Below, piece after piece: positions 45,425-55,819 of a DNA stretch of 64,000 bases. The stretch's first letter is position 1, and each line of letters starts with the position of its first letter. The DNA is taken from positions 800,001-864,000 of the forward strand of contig CAXXVL010000002.1 of the NCBI GenBank assembly GCA_963667845.2. The letters run 5' to 3'. A program made the position numbers and the translations under genes. The notes below the pieces were generated by a model. That model was not told where the DNA came from. It made no database searches and saw nothing but the letters and a program-made list of their open reading frames with translations. Source of the DNA: Smithellaceae bacterium. Its GTDB lineage: Bacteria > Desulfobacterota > Syntrophia > Syntrophales > Smithellaceae.

Positions 45425-46252
45425 ATGGATAATGAATACCTTGCGACAGGGTTTACAAACGTTGACCAGACCCGGAATAAGAATGCATATTTCGATTGTC
45501 TGACTTTAATTGATTCACTGCCTTATTATAAAGAATGCAAATCAAAAAGCTATGATCTGCTGGATCTTAAGCCGGGACTTGTCGTACTGGAAGCAGGCTG
45601 TGGGCTCGGCGATGACGCGCTCAGGATCGCCGAGCGGATTATACCGGGCGGCAAGGTTATCGGCCTGGATGCAAGCTCGGCCATGATTGAAAAAGCGAGA
45701 TTGAATGCGCGGGCTCTCCAATTGCCCGTTGAATTCCTGGTCGGGGATGTAAAAGCACTGCCCTTCTCTGATGGCGTCATATCGCGGTGCCGGATAGATC
45801 GGGTGCTTCAGCATATTCCCGAACCCTTAGGGGCGGTCACTGAATTGGTCCGTGTACTGGAACCCGGGGGTTCGCTTCTGGCCTATGATAACGATTGGGA
45901 AACCTTTTCCATTAAGTCCTCGGACATTGAAACCACCAGAATAATTGAAAGTCTTTGGCGCAATTCTTTTATAAATAGTGCTATCGGCCGAGACCTCCAT
46001 AGTCATTTCCTTGCGGCCGGTTTAACCGAGGTGCACATTGATCCGTATCATTCGATAATAACGGATTTTGAGACGGCCGACAAAATTTACAACTTGCGGG
46101 AAACCGTTCAACGGGCTGTAGAAGGCAGATACATTTCCGCAGTTCAAGGACGCCTCTGGATCGACGACCTGATTAACAGAAGCACGGAAAGCCAATTTAG
46201 TGCGGCGCTTTGGGCTTACACTGTCGTCGGGAAGAAAGTTATCGCCAAATAG
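45425..46252 (+). CDS. Class I SAM-dependent methyltransferase (UbiE-like)
   Basis: VLEAGCGLG, GLDAS, LPF, RVLQH, RVLEPGG. GGAG RBS before ATG 45425. Confidence 0.9.
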   Translation: MDNEYLATGFTNVDQTRNKNAYFDCLTLIDSLPYYKECKSKSYDLLDLKPGLVVLEAGCGLGDDALRIAERIIPGGKVIGLDASSAMIEKARLNARALQLPVEFLVGDVKALPFSDGVISRCRIDRVLQHIPEPLGAVTELVRVLEPGGSLLAYDNDWETFSIKSSDIETTRIIESLWRNSFINSAIGRDLHSHFLAAGLTEVHIDPYHSIITDFETADKIYNLRETVQRAVEGRYISAVQGRLWIDDLINRSTESQFSAALWAYTVVGKKVIAK

Positions 46253-46289
46253 AGAAAAATCATTGTTTGTTCATAATCGTTATTGGCTT

Positions 46290-46622
46290 CTATGGATTAA
46301 TGTTTCTCCTTTTCATCTCCATCCGAACTTCAACGCGTCGCTGTCTTAGATCTTCCGCCGTATAGGCTGTGCCACCCGAACCAATACCGACGCCGCCGCC
46401 TACGCCCCGGCCGAAACCGCCCACGCCTATGCCAATTGATGGACCAGTCTGCTTCTCTTGCTTGTCAATTTCATCATTGAGGCGATAGAAGTATTCCAAA
46501 AGTTTTTCGTCCGTCATAACTTTGTAATCTTCTACAAGAATTTCCTTCGACTGGCCGGCGCACCCGGCAAGAATGAATGCCGCAAAAACGAGTAAAATCC
46601 CGATGGCTATTTTTTTCTTCAT
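46290..46622 (-). CDS. Small lipoprotein with glycine-rich segment
   Basis: Lipobox LAGC; SIGIGVGGFGRGVGGGVGIG; GGAGG RBS. Confidence 0.8.
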   Translation of the reverse strand: MKKKIAIGILLVFAAFILAGCAGQSKEILVEDYKVMTDEKLLEYFYRLNDEIDKQEKQTGPSIGIGVGGFGRGVGGGVGIGSGGTAYTAEDLRQRRVEVRMEMKRRNINP

Positions 46623-46693
46623 CCTCTTTCCCTCCTACATTTCACAATTATGAATTCCCGTAATTTTGAAGAATCTGCAAATGCATTCATAGC

Positions 46694-47359
46694 TCAATCT
46701 TTTTTCAAAAGATTGAGCCTCTCTTTGATGAGGGCTGCTTTATTGCCTTCTCCTTTTTCGAGATAATACGAATGAAGTCTGCTTAGATAGGACCAAAGAG
46801 GCCTTTGCCAGCCATTAGTCGATGCCGTCGTTATGCCCATTTGAAGAATCGCCTCATTGGCGGGTAAGTATCTCACCCAGACGCCGCAGGCGATCAAACG
46901 CGAAAGAGGATCATCAATAGCGGCAATTTCCCTTGCGGCCATCTGCAAATCATTGGCGGACGCTGCTTTTAGAACGCCGGCGTATCGGGACGGCAGCAGC
47001 TTAACATCGACGGCACTGAAGTTTCCTTTTAAAAAATGACAGTAGGCCATGTCGGCCGGGTTGGGTTCCAAACGATACAGTTTGGCAAAATCGCTGGAAT
47101 CAAAACTTTCCAGTGATGCGGTGTGAAGCGCATATTGAGTGAGGTAAGCGATGGACAAAAGATTCAGATCGTTGCCGGCAGCTATTTCTCGTTTGGCTTT
47201 GACAAAATGAGGTTCGGTGGATGCTTCTTTGCCGGTCAGGAAACTGGTTTTATACTCATCCAATTGGCGATAGGCATTCTCCTTCCAAACCGGCGCCGGA
47301 GTGGAAGCTCCGCATGCACAAATGAGCAAAACTAATATGTAGGATAATAGTTTCTTCAT
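46694..47359 (-). CDS. Predicted helical lipoprotein associated with the Mce locus
   Basis: MKK + hydrophobic stretch + ICAC lipobox; ATGA overlap with the MlaD-like gene. Confidence 0.75.
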   Translation of the reverse strand: MKKLLSYILVLLICACGASTPAPVWKENAYRQLDEYKTSFLTGKEASTEPHFVKAKREIAAGNDLNLLSIAYLTQYALHTASLESFDSSDFAKLYRLEPNPADMAYCHFLKGNFSAVDVKLLPSRYAGVLKAASANDLQMAAREIAAIDDPLSRLIACGVWVRYLPANEAILQMGITTASTNGWQRPLWSYLSRLHSYYLEKGEGNKAALIKERLNLLKKD

Positions 47360-48309
47360 GGTACTTTAAACTCCGGGGCTTTTTTCGACCCGATAATTGC
47401 ATCCAATTTTTTAACGACATCGTCCAGCGATTTGACGAGATCATCGATTTCGGAGCGAAGGATATGAAAATCTTTCATGCCCTCCGATGCGTCGGAGCTT
47501 ATTTTATTCACATTATCGACTGTTTTATCTAGTTTATGCAATTTTCCGACAATGTCTTTCAAAATAATATTAACCTGTGGCAGGGTGCCCTCTTGGCCGT
47601 ATATTTGATTATCCGTCTTATCAGCCATCTTATCCACTTTGATAAGGATGCGATCAACAGTATTCGTAATAGTTTTGAGCTTCTTCAAAGAATCATTCAA
47701 GGCTTTGACGCTTTCTTCATCGGAAACGACCATTTCCATGAGCGATTTTTTTGAGGCCAGATTTGTGGAAATTTTTTCGGCGTTTCCCAAAACCCGGCTA
47801 AAGTCGCCTTTCGGATCAGACAGATTGCGGGTCAAGCGTTCGACGTTGTCGGCGATCTGGGTTACTCTCTCTAACACAGGTTCTATTTTGGCGATCGCAT
47901 CATTAATGTCATTGACGATGGTAACTTCCGGAAGTCTGTCGGAATCCAGGGGCGGGCTTTTCAAATCGGTTGTGTTCACGACAATGCGGGCTGAACCGAT
48001 TAAGGGCCGATATAAAATGAAGGTGCTGTTCGATCTGATCCATTTTACGTGGCGATTGGGGATTTTGATTTTAATAAGAACAATGCCTTTATCATTGAGT
48101 TCCAGAGCCTGGACTTTGCCGATGTTGAATCCGGAGAAATCCACCGGCATCCCTTCCGTAAAGCCATCGCCCGATCTGGAAGAAAGAGTAAAGGTATGCA
48201 TTGTTTCGAAGATGCCTTTTCCCATTGCCAAATAGATCAGGGCCGCAAAAATCAAAATTGCGGTGCATCCGATAAACAGGCCGACTTTGACTTCACGGCT
48301 CATCTTCAT
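47356..48309 (-). CDS. MCE/MlaD family protein with long helical C-terminus
   Basis: EVKVGLF + TM helix, GFTEGMPVDFSGFNIGKV, coiled-coil tail. Confidence 0.88.
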   Translation of the reverse strand: MKMSREVKVGLFIGCTAILIFAALIYLAMGKGIFETMHTFTLSSRSGDGFTEGMPVDFSGFNIGKVQALELNDKGIVLIKIKIPNRHVKWIRSNSTFILYRPLIGSARIVVNTTDLKSPPLDSDRLPEVTIVNDINDAIAKIEPVLERVTQIADNVERLTRNLSDPKGDFSRVLGNAEKISTNLASKKSLMEMVVSDEESVKALNDSLKKLKTITNTVDRILIKVDKMADKTDNQIYGQEGTLPQVNIILKDIVGKLHKLDKTVDNVNKISSDASEGMKDFHILRSEIDDLVKSLDDVVKKLDAIIGSKKAPEFKVP

Positions 48310-48779
48310 AAATCACCGTACTTTTCTTTCGTCCATTTGTAATCATATATATGACAGCTTATATATAAATCGTCAATTTTTTTCAATGCGTCCGTGATAA
48401 ATTGAACGTCTTTCAAATGAGGGACAATCAGAAAAGGCCGATCGATCAGAATCATCGCCTCGTGCACCATCGCGGCCCTCAGCAGCATGGCGCAAAATCT
48501 CTCTTCAGGGGTTAATGCGGGATTGCGCTTGCGGACTATCTCCGTCATGCCTAATCGTCGCAAATATTCGAGCGACAAAAGTTCAGCCCGGTGTTTAGGC
48601 ATATTTTCGTGGTACTCCTTGATCAGGGCGATATTTGTAAGGACGTCCTGATTGGATATCAGCGGAACGTCCAGTGAAACCAGTGCAGCCTGAGAGGAAA
48701 ACTCAGTTTGAAAATGACTGACCGACTGATTAAGCGTTTGTTCGCTATCGAAAAGATTTAGAATAATTTTGTCAGTAAT
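48306..48779 (-). CDS. Degenerate ABC ATPase-like (MlaF-like) protein, probable ATT start
   Basis: Frame is open from 48788 to 48306. PLISNQDVLTNIAL resembles the post-Q-loop segment and LTPEERF...ILIDRP resembles a decayed signature/Walker B. GAGGTG lies 5 nt before ATT 48779. Confidence 0.6.
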   Translation of the reverse strand: MTDKIILNLFDSEQTLNQSVSHFQTEFSSQAALVSLDVPLISNQDVLTNIALIKEYHENMPKHRAELLSLEYLRRLGMTEIVRKRNPALTPEERFCAMLLRAAMVHEAMILIDRPFLIVPHLKDVQFITDALKKIDDLYISCHIYDYKWTKEKYGDL

Positions 48780-49555
48780 GACAGCACCTCAATGATCAGA
48801 ATGGCTGTAAAAACGTTGACCATGCCCCCGGACACCGCAATCGGAATGCTTGTTAATTCATTTGATGCCCGCAAACCATAGCGAATAGGGATTAAGGTAA
48901 TAAAGAACCCATAGACGGCACACTTGAACAATGCAATCAAAATGTCAGAAAAGTTAGTCGAATTTAATAAGAGATTTGTATAGACGTCGGCGCTCATTCC
49001 GAATATCAGCCAGGAAAAGATGATGCCGCTTACCAGCAAGACAATTGAAAAGAGGCTGCTCAGGAGGACAATGGAGATAACGCCGTTTATAATGCGGGGC
49101 ATGAGCAGGTAATCGATAACGTCTATACGGTACGTCTCCAGTGTTTTTATTTCTTTGTTGACTTTCATCACCGCCATTTCCGTGTTGATCGCCGCACTGG
49201 ATCGCAATGTAATCAAAAGGACAGTCAGGAAAGGTGACAATTCCGTGACAATCAGACCCATTAAGACGTGACCGATGAATTCGGTGAGTCCAAATTCCTT
49301 GAGCAGTGTAAAGACAATTCCGATGATCAGTGAACCGAAAGTGATGGATACAAGAAGAAAGATTGGAAGGATTTGCACTGAAGTAAAATAGATTTGATTC
49401 AGTAAAACTTCGCGCATGGCGCTGCTGTATGTTTTGCGCTTAAAGATCCGCAGAAAAACTTTGCCGACAAATGTTGCATTATCCGCAAACGCTGTCAGTA
49501 TGTGGATGGCTTGACGCCCCAACTTTTCCCAGAAAGACATTATCTTCGTCTCCAC
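48758..49555 (-). CDS. MlaE family ABC permease
   Basis: QIYFT, ELSPFLT.LLITLRSSAAINTE.AVMKV..EI..LE, YLLMPRI. Confidence 0.9.
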   Translation of the reverse strand: METKIMSFWEKLGRQAIHILTAFADNATFVGKVFLRIFKRKTYSSAMREVLLNQIYFTSVQILPIFLLVSITFGSLIIGIVFTLLKEFGLTEFIGHVLMGLIVTELSPFLTVLLITLRSSAAINTEMAVMKVNKEIKTLETYRIDVIDYLLMPRIINGVISIVLLSSLFSIVLLVSGIIFSWLIFGMSADVYTNLLLNSTNFSDILIALFKCAVYGFFITLIPIRYGLRASNELTSIPIAVSGGMVNVFTAILIIEVLSLLTKLF

Positions 49556-49621
49556 GAGGTCTGCGTGATCTTAACACAGGACAGTTGATACTTCAAACGG
49601 GGTTATTGATGCGCTTTTGCG

Positions 49622-49649
49622 TTGACAAAAAGGTAGTTGTCGTTATATT
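49622..49649 (+). promoter_or_regulatory. Sigma-70-like promoter upstream of degP
   Basis: TTGACA-N16-TATATT. Confidence 0.5.
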
Positions 49650-49719
49650 CAGATACGTTAATTATGCTCAATAAGAATAGAAATGCACTGGCTCTGTGCG
49701 TTAATATTGGAGGACAGAA

Positions 49720-51186
49720 ATGAAGAATTCTAATCGAAAATCGTTTTTTATGTTCCTGATGGCCTTCCTGGTCGCATTTTTCATCGTATCGTTGGTCGGG
49801 GTTTTGCGATCATCTTTTACGACGACGGGGGCCCCGGAAATACCAGCAGCGCAAGCTGTTCCCTCATCGTCAGACTCAGCCTTTAAAACGCCTCTTTCTT
49901 TTTCTGATCTGGCGGAACGTGTCAAACCCGCTGTTGTTAACATCAGTACATCAAAGACATACAAGGGCCGGGGAGGGTTCGGAGCACCTTTCGGGGGATC
50001 GCCCTTCGGCGATGATTTTTTTGATCGTTTTTTTGGAGATATGCCCCGCAGGGAGTTCAAACAGCGCAGTCTGGGTTCGGGATTTATCATCAGCAATGAT
50101 GGTTATATCTTCACAAATAATCATGTTGTAGAGCAGGCAGATAAAATTCTCGTGAAGACTTCCGATGGTAAAGAATATGAGGCAAAAGTAATCGGTACCG
50201 ACGTAAATACCGATATTGCTTTGATTAAAATCAAGCCGGACAGCAGTCTGTCTGTCGCAGAGATCGGCGACTCCGATAAAGTCAGAGTTGGCGAATGGGT
50301 GATCGCTATTGGTAATCCGTTCGGTTTGGATGCGACGGTGACAGCCGGCATCGTCAGTGCAAAGGGCCGTGTCATCGGTGCGGGGCCTTATGATAATTTC
50401 ATTCAAACGGACGCGTCCATTAATCCGGGGAATAGCGGTGGTCCGTTGTTCAGCATGGACGCGAAAGTCATTGGAATAAATACGGCAATAGTCGCCCAAG
50501 GTCAGGGTATCGGGTTTGCAATTCCGATCAATATGGCTAAAAGCATACTTGCCGATTTGAAAACAAAGGGCAAAGTAACGCGCGGATGGCTGGGTATATC
50601 CGTTCAGGATATTTCGGATGACATCGCCAAAAATTTAAATCATAAAAGTAAGAATGGGGCTCTTGTTTCCGATGTTTTCAAGGGCGACCCGGCTGATAAA
50701 GCAGGCATCAAAGTTGGAGATATCATTACGGAAATTAACGGCAGGGCGGTTAAAGATACGCACGATTTATTACTGACGATCGCTACATTGCATGTAGGTC
50801 AAAAGATTAGTCTGAAAGGACTTCGCGACGGTAAGGAAATCAGTTTTCAGGTGACCGTCGCCGAGCGGAAAGAGAGTGTGGCCGCAGCGGCGGAGAAATC
50901 CGGAAAAGGACGCTTCGGTATTGCTGCGCAGGACATAACACCGGAGATGGCCCGGCAATTAGGGATATCTCGTGAGGGTGTCATCGTGACTGATGTCGAG
51001 AGCGGAAGTCCCGCGGATGAGGTCGGCATCCAGCCGCAGGATGTCATTGTTCAGGTTAATCGGGTCAAGGTTTCCTCGCTGAAAGATTTTAATCGGGAGA
51101 TTGCAAAAGCTACGGAAAAGAAGAGTGTTACTCTCTTGATTAAACGGGGTCGATCGAGTTTCTTTGTCGCCATAAGAACTGAGTAA
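49720..51186 (+). CDS. degP: DegP/DegQ (Do) serine endoprotease with two PDZ domains
   Basis: SLGSGFII, TNNHVV, DIALIK, QTDASINPGNSGGPL, two PDZ domains. Confidence 0.95.
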   Translation: MKNSNRKSFFMFLMAFLVAFFIVSLVGVLRSSFTTTGAPEIPAAQAVPSSSDSAFKTPLSFSDLAERVKPAVVNISTSKTYKGRGGFGAPFGGSPFGDDFFDRFFGDMPRREFKQRSLGSGFIISNDGYIFTNNHVVEQADKILVKTSDGKEYEAKVIGTDVNTDIALIKIKPDSSLSVAEIGDSDKVRVGEWVIAIGNPFGLDATVTAGIVSAKGRVIGAGPYDNFIQTDASINPGNSGGPLFSMDAKVIGINTAIVAQGQGIGFAIPINMAKSILADLKTKGKVTRGWLGISVQDISDDIAKNLNHKSKNGALVSDVFKGDPADKAGIKVGDIITEINGRAVKDTHDLLLTIATLHVGQKISLKGLRDGKEISFQVTVAERKESVAAAAEKSGKGRFGIAAQDITPEMARQLGISREGVIVTDVESGSPADEVGIQPQDVIVQVNRVKVSSLKDFNREIAKATEKKSVTLLIKRGRSSFFVAIRTE

Positions 51187-51218
51187 TTCGCTCGGTGATA
51201 GCGATACGTCGCGGACAT

Positions 51219-51244
51219 GGCAGCCCCTTAGGGCTGCCTTTTTT
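51219..51244 (+). terminator. Rho-independent terminator
   Basis: ggcagccc-ctta-gggctgcc followed by tttttt. Confidence 0.85.
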
Positions 51245-51326
51245 AATCGCGTCGCCGAGAAAAAAGCGGCATAATAATATTGTCTTTTGCCGGGAAGAAA
51301 TTCGTTGAGCGCTTGAGTAACAGCCA

Positions 51327-52385
51327 ATGAAACTTTTAGATTACAGAGGGATCATTCACCTGCACTCGTCTTTTTCGTATGATGGTCACGCTTCAATGAA
51401 AGAAATTGTCTCTGCCGCGCAAAAGAACGGCATTGATTTTTTGATGTTGACGGACCATGATCACTTGCAAGCGAGAAATGAAGGATGGGAAGGCTGGCAA
51501 GGAAGGACTCTGGTTATAGTCGGAGAAGAGATCGCGCCGCGATTTAGCCATTATCTGGCATTTAGAACCGAGAGGCCTGTTTCTTACGGCACCGATCATG
51601 AAGGCAGGAAACCTCAAAAATATATTGATGCCGTCAATGAACAGGGAGGATTTGGCTTTATCGCCCATCCCGATCACGAAGGAACAGAAATGTTTCACGT
51701 GAAACACTATCCTTGGACTGACTGGAAAGTTAACGCCTACGCAGGAATCGGCATATGGGATTTCATGACCGACTGGCAAAAGAGCCTGAATGGCTATTTC
51801 ACGGCGTTCCTAAGCTTTCTTTTCCCTGCTTTCTTCTTGAAAGGCCCGCCGAGGATTACACTGGAACGATGGGATACTCTGAACCAAATCAGGAAAACCG
51901 TCGGAATTGGAGAACTCGATAATCATGCCAGTACAAAAAGAGTCTTCGGTATATCGTTTGTCGCCTTTCCTTTTAACCGGGCTTTAAAATTCATTTCTAC
52001 GCATATCCTCGCACGAGATCCATTCAACGGAGACAGCAAGCATGACATCGACCAAGTTTTTCATTCTCTACTAAACGGCTGCTGCTACTTTTCATTGGAC
52101 TATTTTCACAGAGCTAAAGGATTTCAATTTCTCATCGAACACGAAAAGCAGGACTTCTACATGGGGGATTCTTTCCATCTCTCACGCAACGCACAATTGA
52201 CTGCCTCACGTCCAATGCCAGCCAAGATTCGCATTATCAGAAATGGCCGCGAATTGCTCAATTCGATAAGTGCCCAGGTGTCCATACCGGTTGAAGAACC
52301 CGGCATCTATCGAGCAGAAGCGTATTTGAAGTCTTACGGGAAATACCGTCCCTGGATATTTTCCAATCCGATCTTCGTAACGTGA
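51327..52385 (+). CDS. PHP-domain metallohydrolase (CehA/McbA-like)
   Basis: HLHS..SYDG, LTDHD, GEE, IAHP, DNH, YRAE, FSNPI. Confidence 0.85.
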   Translation: MKLLDYRGIIHLHSSFSYDGHASMKEIVSAAQKNGIDFLMLTDHDHLQARNEGWEGWQGRTLVIVGEEIAPRFSHYLAFRTERPVSYGTDHEGRKPQKYIDAVNEQGGFGFIAHPDHEGTEMFHVKHYPWTDWKVNAYAGIGIWDFMTDWQKSLNGYFTAFLSFLFPAFFLKGPPRITLERWDTLNQIRKTVGIGELDNHASTKRVFGISFVAFPFNRALKFISTHILARDPFNGDSKHDIDQVFHSLLNGCCYFSLDYFHRAKGFQFLIEHEKQDFYMGDSFHLSRNAQLTASRPMPAKIRIIRNGRELLNSISAQVSIPVEEPGIYRAEAYLKSYGKYRPWIFSNPIFVT

Positions 52386-54674
52386 AAGGAGAACTTGCGC
52401 GCGCCCCTTTCCTCTGCTCACCACCCCTTTGAAACAAAGCCTTGATGTATGAAAGAAGGAGAATATCCCTCACTAAATCATTTTTCCGAAATGGCATCTC
52501 TTCACTAATTCCCTTTTTGTCCTTCGAGTATCGGACGTATCGGTACATCGTCGCTAACTTCTTTAAAACTCTTTCGGGAAACCCGGCAAGACAACCCTTT
52601 ATACTTTTGATCATCAATTTCCGTGACCGTTCGAATCGTCCCGCCGGTCTGCAAATGAACACCGATTGAGGGTCGACGATCATTTCCCATAACGCCGACA
52701 GCCCTTGCGATAAGCTCAAACTCATAATTCTTTAATAGTCTAAGAGTATCTTCTTTATATTTCTTGCTGTATGATCAACTGTGAGAGTCGGCTCCAATAC
52801 TCTTGAGACACGATCTTTCGCCCCGTTGATGCTTATGTAAATAATGGCCTTCGCGGTTGTTCCATTGCATCAATTCTCCGGCAGTCGCCTATCAATCTCT
52901 GTACTTTTTTCTGCGACCAAATCTATCGGATTGGCATGACCCCAAAACGGCGCAACAGATCATTAACCTTTTCGATGATCCCTACCCAAAAGCTATCGAC
53001 GACGTTTCAGTTTTCTGTAGATAGGTCAGAAACCACAACCCCTGCTTCCTTCTAAAGTTCACAATTGCGATACGATTTCGCCGTCGTAAAGGCAGAGGTG
53101 AAAAGGCCGCTGATAAATTCGAATAAATCTATTGATATAATCGGCGTGGATGATCGCCGCCTGTTTGCAGCCGCTTTAGAAATTTTACTTTTCAATGCCA
53201 TTGCGCCGGCCTGAATGACGGATACTGATACTGCTGCCTCGGTTCTCCCGCCCTTGAGGATAATTTGGGGATCTCCATCTCACTCGCCTCGCCGATTTAT
53301 GGAATCTGCATCCGTCCTTAGTGCTTTCACTATACGTGACCATCGTCTTCGTCAAATCGTCTATCTCGAACTTATCCATATAACCTTCGATCGTTATCAT
53401 GCCTTCGTTTTCTGAACCCCAAAAGCCCGTATTCTGATACTTCTCTTTCTGGAAAGGCCGAGAATTGAGTGCCCAAATTCCCTGATTGAGCGACAAGTGT
53501 CGTTGTGTCCGGCATTCGGCCGAACAGGTCTGCCGGTGCAGCAAGCGATATGGGCGGATTGCATATACCCATAATGCTGGGTTCGAGAATTATAATTCCC
53601 CTCAAATATCGCAACACGCTCACCCAGAGGAACCAGCCGGGAAAACCACGTCGCAGCTAAACTCCGTCAATACACCTTCCGGCCCCAAATTAATTACCGG
53701 ACCGAACTGTCCACAAAAAAGGCGCGCAACGAATGCTCTTCGCCCTTCCGCATGGGTTGAAAGGAAACCTTCCCGATCCCCTCCGGCAGCATCCTTATAT
53801 ATATCTCTCTGACTGCCTTTTCCATATCCTTGAATCCTTAATATTGAGTTTAACCAAACCTTTCTCGCTCATGTGCATCAGCCGACGTCCCAGTCCTTAT
53901 AAAACGGCAGGACGTTAAATGTCTTCCGCCTTATTGTTTATCATATTAATATCATTACACATTTTTTAATTTGCCACAGGAACATTGAATTCTCCAAAAA
54001 TATCGAATGTTACAGCTTCGTTAAGGGCCTCTCTTTCTTCATTTCTGATTTTATCAATAATTTCATGATATTTAATCACACCACTCCTATTGAATCGATC
54101 GCCACATTCTTTTGCGCCTATCTATCCTGTTTCATCGTTGCACAGAAAATGTCGGACCCGAACACTCAGGCTCTGACCGATCAACACAAGATCATTTTCA
54201 GCCCGTGCGCGTGGCTTATCCCTTCACAGACCATGTTCCATAATCCTGATAGTATGACTGATAATATGATAAGCAAAAGAAGGTTGACGTTTCAGCCTAG
54301 TGAGAGTTCCGTTCCAATTGTTTATGTCCAAGGCTGAACAGTCGCGCACCAAGCAGAGCGCTAACGAATTCCCCGATTTTCAGGTAGCCGCGATTAGCAT
54401 CGCAATAGAATACTCGTTCTTTAACCGGCCAACTGCGCAATATTTTCGGTTCCCGAAATCTCCCTTGCGAGTCCAACTAGAGCCGACATTCATCCATCAT
54501 CGCCATTCATAAAGTAAGTCGGATTCGCCGTACCGCTTCTGCTGAGAAAGCCTTTTTTCAGTTGTCAAACGTTCATGCTTCTAACAGATACTCGCATCTG
54601 CGGATGACGAAAGTTTCCTCTAGACTTTTCCGGCCAACAATCTTTCGGCGATACATTTTGCCACTATATTCTTC

Positions 54675-55448
54675 CTACGTTTGACATTCCGGACAGTAAA
54701 ACGTGCTTCTCCCACCTTGCCGAATCCTTGCCACACATGCCCCACACGTGAAGCACGCTTTTCCTTCTCTCCCGTAGACCTTAAGTTCCTGCTGGTACTC
54801 ACCCGGGCAACCATAAAGATCGCGCCAATCCGATATAGATGTACCGCGTCTGCAAATCGCACTTTTCAAAATTCTTCGCCCATGCCGGAAAACTCTCTTC
54901 CACTCTTCAAGACTCAGCGTTGACACCTGCCGCAATGGAGATATGCCGGCGCTATGCAACATTTCACAAGCATAAATGTTCCCGATACCCGCAATCGCCT
55001 TTTGATCCATGAGCAAGATCTTCACGCTGATGCGTCTCACAGCTTGCCGTGTTAAGAATTCTTTCTCGTTAAAACGCATGAACAAATCTTTCTCCGGGTT
55101 CGCGGTTGATTCATCTTCTACCCTGACGGTTGCGAAACGACGTGGATCGACCAGATCAATATTGCCATTCTCAAGTGATAACCGCCAGCGTGTATGCGGC
55201 TCCCGCTCTCCGTGCGGCCTCCAGAGCAATCGCCCCGTCATCCGCAAATGGATCTTAATGTATCTCTCATCATCAAGTTTTAGCGCAATCGCTTTCCCGT
55301 CGCGACGCACCGTCTCAATCCTGCAGCCCCCGACATTTCCGAGACCGCTAAGCTTCTCGTCATAAACAACTGACTCGTGTATATGTTTCCCCACTATCAT
55401 CGCCTGCAACTGACGGCAGAGAGTTTCGACTTCGGGAAGTTCTGGCAT
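54675..55448 (-). CDS. mutM: Formamidopyrimidine-DNA glycosylase
   Basis: MPELPEVET, HLRMTG, DPRRF, AGIGNIY, zinc finger CFTC...CPECQ. Confidence 0.95.
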   Translation of the reverse strand: MPELPEVETLCRQLQAMIVGKHIHESVVYDEKLSGLGNVGGCRIETVRRDGKAIALKLDDERYIKIHLRMTGRLLWRPHGEREPHTRWRLSLENGNIDLVDPRRFATVRVEDESTANPEKDLFMRFNEKEFLTRQAVRRISVKILLMDQKAIAGIGNIYACEMLHSAGISPLRQVSTLSLEEWKRVFRHGRRILKSAICRRGTSISDWRDLYGCPGEYQQELKVYGREGKACFTCGACVARIRQGGRSTFYCPECQT

Positions 55449-55722
55449 CTTATTGTCCTTTCATTTATCTCTGGTGATCCCTCCCAGCCATGCGACTGGA
55501 GCCACCCTTTACAAAAGCTATACCCTCACTGCATTTCATCGCTTTCAAAATTTTTTCGCTTCACCACCTCGATCACCTTCCCGACCGTCCGCATTCAAAA
55601 TGCTTCTGAGAATTTTTCCCGGACACTGTCTTGAACCAGGTACAATTTTCTTACTTCATAAAACACATCTTAACTTATTTGAAAAATTTTTTTCATTTTT
55701 TCTCTAAAATGCAAAATAAATG

Positions 55723-55750
55723 TTGACAAATTTTTTTGCTTGCGTAAATT
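55723..55750 (+). promoter_or_regulatory. Sigma-70-like promoter for the aminomutase operon
   Basis: TTGACA-N16-TAAATT preceded by A/T tracts. Confidence 0.5.
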
Positions 55751-55819
55751 CAAAAATTAATAAAGCCGTTTTTCAATGGCTGATTTTTAAACGGAAGCCA
55801 ACTTCCGGAAGGAGTGTGA

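Noticed and set aside
53570..53605. GGGTTCGAG resembling a tRNA T-loop
   Set aside because: No cloverleaf or acceptor stem can be built around it
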